Notes under the pieces: model-generated
What the model saw: only the letters and a program-made list of their open reading frames with translations
Databases searched by the model: none
What the model was told of the DNA's origin: nothing
Program-made: the position numbers and the translations under genes
Assembly: GCA_046757525.1 (NCBI GenBank)
Contig: JBHHYI010000017.1
Span: 1 to 39,466 of the forward strand
From: a bacterium
GTDB taxonomy: Bacteria > Zhuqueibacterota > Zhuqueibacteria > Oceanimicrobiales > Oceanimicrobiaceae
Length of the DNA stretch: 39,466 nucleotides
Reading direction: 5' to 3'
Shown here: positions 34,867 to 39,466 of the stretch, one piece after another
Layout of the letters: every line of letters begins with the position of its first letter
Numbering within the stretch: the first letter of the stretch is position 1

Positions 34867-36438
34867 ATGAAATCATTCAGAAATGTAATTGCAATTTCAA
34901 TTTTGGTGCTATGTGGGCCTTTGGTTCACTTCCTTTGGTCGGCAGGTCTGTTTAAGATTTATGAGCTGCACTACACCGGACAGTTCAAAGCTTATCATCT
35001 TGAAGATCTGAACCACGACGGATTGAAGGATGTGATCCTGGTTAGCACGCGAGGCGCAGAAAATGGGGCGGCCGGACGATGGCTGTCCATCTATCTGCAA
35101 AACCGGCAAGGCTTTACGCCACAACCGCAGCAATCTTTCGAACTCGAAGACCAGGTCATCTTGTTCGACATCGGCGATGTGGTGGGCGACCAGAACAACG
35201 AGTTTGTCTATTTTGCTGAGGACGGCCTCTACTATTATGCGCTGGGCGATTCCGGCTATGTTCTCAAACCCACAAGATTGTTTAAGACCGATTCAATTTT
35301 CATGTTGTCAGACAAAAGATCTATTCATTCCTGGAATTTTGTCGCCGACTTGAATGGAGATGGGGTTGACGAGGTGCTGGTGCCCAAAATAACGAAAATC
35401 GATATTCACTTTAGAGATCCGGACAAAACCGGTTGGCTGGTCAACGAAGTTGCTATGGGCATGCAACCCACAGTATCGGGATACTTCAACCGGCGCTTTT
35501 CAGTGGGCAGCAAAGTAGAAGCCAGCTATGCCACCCCGTTCCTGCTTTACCAGGATTTCGACGCGGATGGACGGAAAGACCTCCTGGGCGTCTACCACGA
35601 CAGTCTTCTGGTCTTTTGTCAGAAACAGAGCGGTTTTTTTTCGCAAGAGTGCCAGCAGCGCATCCCGTTAGACTACGGCGATATCTGGCGCGGTGGTAAG
35701 ATTCAGAGGACTCACTTAGGCGACAAGAGCGAACAACAGTTCCTGATGAAAATACAGGATTTGAACGGAGACGGCGTGGTGGACATCATCAGTACCAGAG
35801 TCTCGACTAAGGAAAGCTTCATCAGTCCCAAAAACGAGGTTCTGGTGTATTTTGGCAAGAGGCGTAGACACAACGCCACGACCGCTGTTTATTTTGATCC
35901 GGAGCCTGACCAGGTAATTAGACCTGGCGGCAACCAGATCGTTCTCGACATTGTGGATTTGAACAAGGACGGCAAATCCGATTTTATCATTCCCGTTGTG
36001 AAAGTCGGGCTGAAGAATCTCATTAAAATGCTTTTGACCAAGCGCGTAGAGCTTGAAGCTGAAATCTATTTGATGGGAGAAGATGATTTGTACCCTAAAA
36101 AGCCTGATCGGCAGACCAAGATGGTGGTTAGATTCTCTTTCAAAGGGGGCGCCGCTTCACCGGTCTACGAGATCGCAGATTTCAATGGCGATGGCAATCT
36201 GGATATTATGACCAGCATGGAAGAAAAGAGGCTGGTGCTTTTTCGAGGCAACAAGAAAAACATCCTGGATGCAAGCCCGGGAAACCGGTTCAACGTCATC
36301 CTGCCACAAAGTGGTGACATGGTTTATGCCGAAGAATTGAATGGCGACGGGAAAAGCGACCTCGTCATCACCTATGATGAAGACGAGGCTGGCCCCAAAA
36401 AGGTGAGAAACGTCCTGCGCGTCTTGCTAACTCGCTGA
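34867..36438 (+). CDS. Secreted FG-GAP/VCBS repeat beta-propeller protein
   Basis: Repeated DLNHDGLKD, DLNGDGVDE, DFDADGRKD, DLNGDGVVD, DLNKDGKSD and DFNGDGNLD Ca-binding motifs; signal peptide; ATG 34867 preferred. Confidence 0.9.
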   Translation: MKSFRNVIAISILVLCGPLVHFLWSAGLFKIYELHYTGQFKAYHLEDLNHDGLKDVILVSTRGAENGAAGRWLSIYLQNRQGFTPQPQQSFELEDQVILFDIGDVVGDQNNEFVYFAEDGLYYYALGDSGYVLKPTRLFKTDSIFMLSDKRSIHSWNFVADLNGDGVDEVLVPKITKIDIHFRDPDKTGWLVNEVAMGMQPTVSGYFNRRFSVGSKVEASYATPFLLYQDFDADGRKDLLGVYHDSLLVFCQKQSGFFSQECQQRIPLDYGDIWRGGKIQRTHLGDKSEQQFLMKIQDLNGDGVVDIISTRVSTKESFISPKNEVLVYFGKRRRHNATTAVYFDPEPDQVIRPGGNQIVLDIVDLNKDGKSDFIIPVVKVGLKNLIKMLLTKRVELEAEIYLMGEDDLYPKKPDRQTKMVVRFSFKGGAASPVYEIADFNGDGNLDIMTSMEEKRLVLFRGNKKNILDASPGNRFNVILPQSGDMVYAEELNGDGKSDLVITYDEDEAGPKKVRNVLRVLLTR

Positions 36439-36505
36439 AGCAGGCTTTGCGAGCAACACAAACTTGTTATAAATTCTTAACATATAAAAGGATAAAAGAA
36501 AACAC

Positions 36506-36534
36506 TTGACAATTCATTGCAAATATAATATATT
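36506..36534 (+). promoter_or_regulatory. Near-consensus sigma70 promoter
   Basis: TTGACA, 17 nt, TATATT. Confidence 0.75.
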
Positions 36535-36643
36535 AATTGCGAAAAGTTAATAAGATATTGGGGAAAGGAAACTTTTTGCTCCCGTTTACTCTGGCCGAGT
36601 GCCTGGATTCCAACTTACTGTTACAAATCGACTGCTTGATTTT

Positions 36644-36684
36644 ACCCAAGGGGGGTTCTGGACGATTCCCGCTTGGGTTTTTTT
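36644..36684 (+). terminator. Intrinsic terminator in the 5' leader of the downstream gene
   Basis: ACCCAAGGGGGG...TTCCCGCTTGGGT followed by a T-run. Confidence 0.7.
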
Positions 36685-36735
36685 ATATGTCATTTAAACA
36701 ACAAAGTCCTGTCTAAACTAATTTGAGTGGGTGCA

Positions 36736-39466
36736 ATGGAGTTTAAACCAAGATCGCTACTCTTGTTCTGTTTCTGCATCTTTATTGTTTGTTGTCTACT
36801 TTTGACTCGGGATTCTTATGCTCAGTGGTCGAAAAATTCTGCCGTAAACGATACGATTGTCGTTGCGGGAGGCAACCAATCGGTACCGGTTATAGCCCCC
36901 GACGGTTCCGGCGGCGCCATAGTCGTGTGGCAAGATGAGCGGAATGGCAGACCCGACATTTACGCCAATCGGATCAAGGCCTCGGGCCGGCTTGCCTGGA
37001 TGCTGGATGGCGTCCCGATTGCCAATTTGCCGGAGAGCGATCAAAAATCACCGGCCATTGTGGGCAATGGTCAGGGGGCGGTCTTCGTGGCCTGGCAGGA
37101 CGACCGCAACAACAGCGCGTTGTCGATCTTCGACATCTACGCTCAGAAAATCGACGTTTTGTTCGGCAATAGCCAATGGACGCCGCAGGGAGTTTTGGTG
37201 CAAACCGGCAACAACTACGTTTTCCCCAATATCATTCGCGACAGCATCTTTGGCGCTATCGTCGCATCCTATACCTTTTTCAATAACAACTATTTTATTT
37301 TCCTGCAGAAGCTGGGGGACGACACGGGCGACATGCAATGGGACCCACAAACCGTGCCCAGCAGCCAATTGGAGTCGCCCCAACCCTTGTGCCCGCCAGC
37401 CATTATTTCCGATGACAACCGGGGCGCCATCATCGTGTGGCCGGACCAGAGAGAATTGCCGAACGGCAAGCTAAAGGTCTTCGCCGCACGACTGAATGAG
37501 AAGGGCGAAGCCGGTTGGCCCCAAAAAGAGGTGCCGTTGAGTCTTCCGCTTCGAGAAAGTACGGAGCCGGCTATCATTCCGGATGGTTCCGGCGGCGTCA
37601 TCGTTGCCTGGATTACCCCGGAAACAGACGGTTCCTCAAACGATCAAATCAGCGTCCAGCGGCTGAGTGCGCAGGGCATCTCCCAGTGGTCCAGGGTGGT
37701 TTCAACCAGTCCCGGCAGCAAGGGTAATGTGAGAATCGTTCGGGTCAACCAAGACACTTCTTTAGTGCTCTGGGAAGACCTGGGGTCCGGGCAGGATAAG
37801 GACCTTCGAGTTCAGCGCATCAATTCATCGGGTGAAGAAATCGAAGCGGAGTTTGACATTGTCAGCGAGTTGGGCGCGCAAATCAACCCGGCGGTAATTG
37901 CCAATAAACGCAATGGGGTCATCGTCGCCTGGGAGGACAACCGATCGCTGCAGACCGACATTTATGCCCAGTTGATCGATGCCAACGCCAGCCTGCCCTG
38001 GGGCCCCAATGGAATCGCGGTTTCCACGGCACCGGATGTGCAGAAGCATCCCGTGCTGGTCGACGATGGTTTAGGCGGGGCGATCATCCTCTGGGAAGAT
38101 AGGCGTAACGGCGTCGACCGCGACATTTACGCTCAGAAAGTCAGCGTCCAGGGGGTCTTAGGCGAGTTTCGCATGATCGACGTCCTGGCGCCCAATGCCT
38201 CAGGCGTCAACTGGGAAATCGGCAGCTCCCAGGAGATTCGTTGGAATTTCCAGGGGGAAATAGACAGTGTTTCCATCGAATTGTCGCGGGACGGGGGGCA
38301 GACTTTTCCTGAAGTCATTTTTGCTGCAACAGAAAACGTGAACTCGGCCATTTGGCAGCGCGTCACGGGGCCGGCTTCTGACCAGTGCAAAATCAGAATT
38401 AACGCTGCCAACGCAAATTTCATCTTAGATGAAAGCGACACGCTTTTTACCATTTCCAATGCTCAAGGGCCAACGCTGAAACCCGATGTTGTCAGTCACA
38501 GCAGTTTCGGGGATTCTCTCTTCATTAGAACCAGTGCCTCGGATGTGAGCGGCATCAACGCGATTTTCTTGCATGTTCGAAAAGGCGGCGCTGTTAGCTT
38601 TGACTCGCTGGCTATGGCTGTGGTCGCTGCCGACACCTACGGTGTGGCAGTGCCGCGCGAGTTCGTTCAGGAGCGTGGCTTTGACTTCTTTATCAGCAGC
38701 ACGGATAAGTTCAACAATTACAGCAGCAGCGACACCCAATTTGTGGCGGTGAGCTTTGCGGCGGGCGCGCAAACGAGCCGGGTGTCGCGTGGTTCGGAGC
38801 AAACGGCCTACCGCATGGTTTCAGCGCCCAATCTCCTCGACATGGTCTCGGTGGATTCCATATTCAGCAATTCCGGTTTTGGCACTCAGGACACCACCAG
38901 TTGGCGGCTATTTGAGTATCGCAGCAACGGTTACGTGGAACGCAATTCCCTCAATGCAGCGACCTTTCAATTTACGCCTGGACAGGCTTATTGGCTCATT
39001 TCTTCCAAAGACCGTACCATTGACTTCGGTTCGGGCGTCTCCCTGCGTGCAGATACGAGTTTCAGTGTTACTCTGAAACCGGGGTGGAACCAGATTGCCT
39101 TGCCATTCGCCTTTCCGGTCGCCTGGGCAGACATCCTTGCGGCCAGTGGCAGTCCCACCACGGTAGATGGGCCGCATTTTTACTCGGGGAGTTACTCCAT
39201 TCCGGACATTCTCTTGCCCTACGCAGGCTATTTTGTCAACAATCTGGATTCGTTAAAGTCGGTCGAACTCACCATTCCTCCGTTGGCTTCAGAATCTACC
39301 AGCCAGAATCTGACGCGTTCAGGTGCCTTCGATGCAGGCTGGGCTGTGCAGATCATCGCCAAAGCGCAGGAAGCGGAAGATGCTTTCAACTACCTGGGCA
39401 TTCAGGCAGAAGCCTCGGATACCTGGGATCCCCTGGATCACAGCGAACCGCCGCCCATCGGTGCGT
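36736..39466 (+). CDS. Large secreted protein (>900 aa, 3'-truncated; absent from ORF track) with DGxGGAIxxW beta-propeller repeats and downstream Ig-like domains
   Basis: MEFKPRSLLLFCFC...SYAQW signal peptide; repeats DGSGGAIVVWQDERNGRPDIYANRI, NGQGAVFVAWQDDR..DIYAQKI and DGLGGAIILWEDRRNGVDRDIYAQKV; frame spot-checked and appears open to the window end. Confidence 0.88.
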   Translation, partial: MEFKPRSLLLFCFCIFIVCCLLLTRDSYAQWSKNSAVNDTIVVAGGNQSVPVIAPDGSGGAIVVWQDERNGRPDIYANRIKASGRLAWMLDGVPIANLPESDQKSPAIVGNGQGAVFVAWQDDRNNSALSIFDIYAQKIDVLFGNSQWTPQGVLVQTGNNYVFPNIIRDSIFGAIVASYTFFNNNYFIFLQKLGDDTGDMQWDPQTVPSSQLESPQPLCPPAIISDDNRGAIIVWPDQRELPNGKLKVFAARLNEKGEAGWPQKEVPLSLPLRESTEPAIIPDGSGGVIVAWITPETDGSSNDQISVQRLSAQGISQWSRVVSTSPGSKGNVRIVRVNQDTSLVLWEDLGSGQDKDLRVQRINSSGEEIEAEFDIVSELGAQINPAVIANKRNGVIVAWEDNRSLQTDIYAQLIDANASLPWGPNGIAVSTAPDVQKHPVLVDDGLGGAIILWEDRRNGVDRDIYAQKVSVQGVLGEFRMIDVLAPNASGVNWEIGSSQEIRWNFQGEIDSVSIELSRDGGQTFPEVIFAATENVNSAIWQRVTGPASDQCKIRINAANANFILDESDTLFTISNAQGPTLKPDVVSHSSFGDSLFIRTSASDVSGINAIFLHVRKGGAVSFDSLAMAVVAADTYGVAVPREFVQERGFDFFISSTDKFNNYSSSDTQFVAVSFAAGAQTSRVSRGSEQTAYRMVSAPNLLDMVSVDSIFSNSGFGTQDTTSWRLFEYRSNGYVERNSLNAATFQFTPGQAYWLISSKDRTIDFGSGVSLRADTSFSVTLKPGWNQIALPFAFPVAWADILAASGSPTTVDGPHFYSGSYSIPDILLPYAGYFVNNLDSLKSVELTIPPLASESTSQNLTRSGAFDAGWAVQIIAKAQEAEDAFNYLGIQAEASDTWDPLDHSEPPPIGA

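Noticed and set aside
36796..39177. Short ORFs listed in this interval
   Set aside because: Shadow frames of the long plus-strand CDS starting at 36736

Overview
Bacterial chromosomal window of roughly 50% GC (judged by eye) with about 28 protein-coding genes. The T9SS/FlgD-type C-terminal domain, DGxGGAIxxW propeller protein, TPR-CHAT protein and secD-secF-STAS-purA gene order suggest an FCB-adjacent lineage such as KSB1 or Calditrichota (inference). In order: two class A beta-lactamase-like serine hydrolases next to a signal-peptide-bearing dikinase with glucan-water-dikinase-like domain order; ferritin; an orphan ~180-nt promoter-to-terminator unit carrying a 12-nt match to the 16S anti-SD; a degenerate M14 peptidase; AmrS radical SAM; isochorismatase; an AhpD-like peroxidase split by an in-frame TGA in a CxxU motif with a SECIS-like hairpin (probable selenoprotein); a PNP/ITPase/methyltransferase/ClC operon; clpS; rhomboid and amidase; TPR-CHAT lacking the catalytic His; an unannotated 52-aa ORF; secDF-STAS-purA; an MNT-HEPN pair; and several large secreted proteins, the last running off the right end. 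Intergenic regions hold a family of nested-palindrome REP/MITE-like elements, two of which show compensatory base changes. No CRISPR array, tRNA, rRNA or transposase was found.
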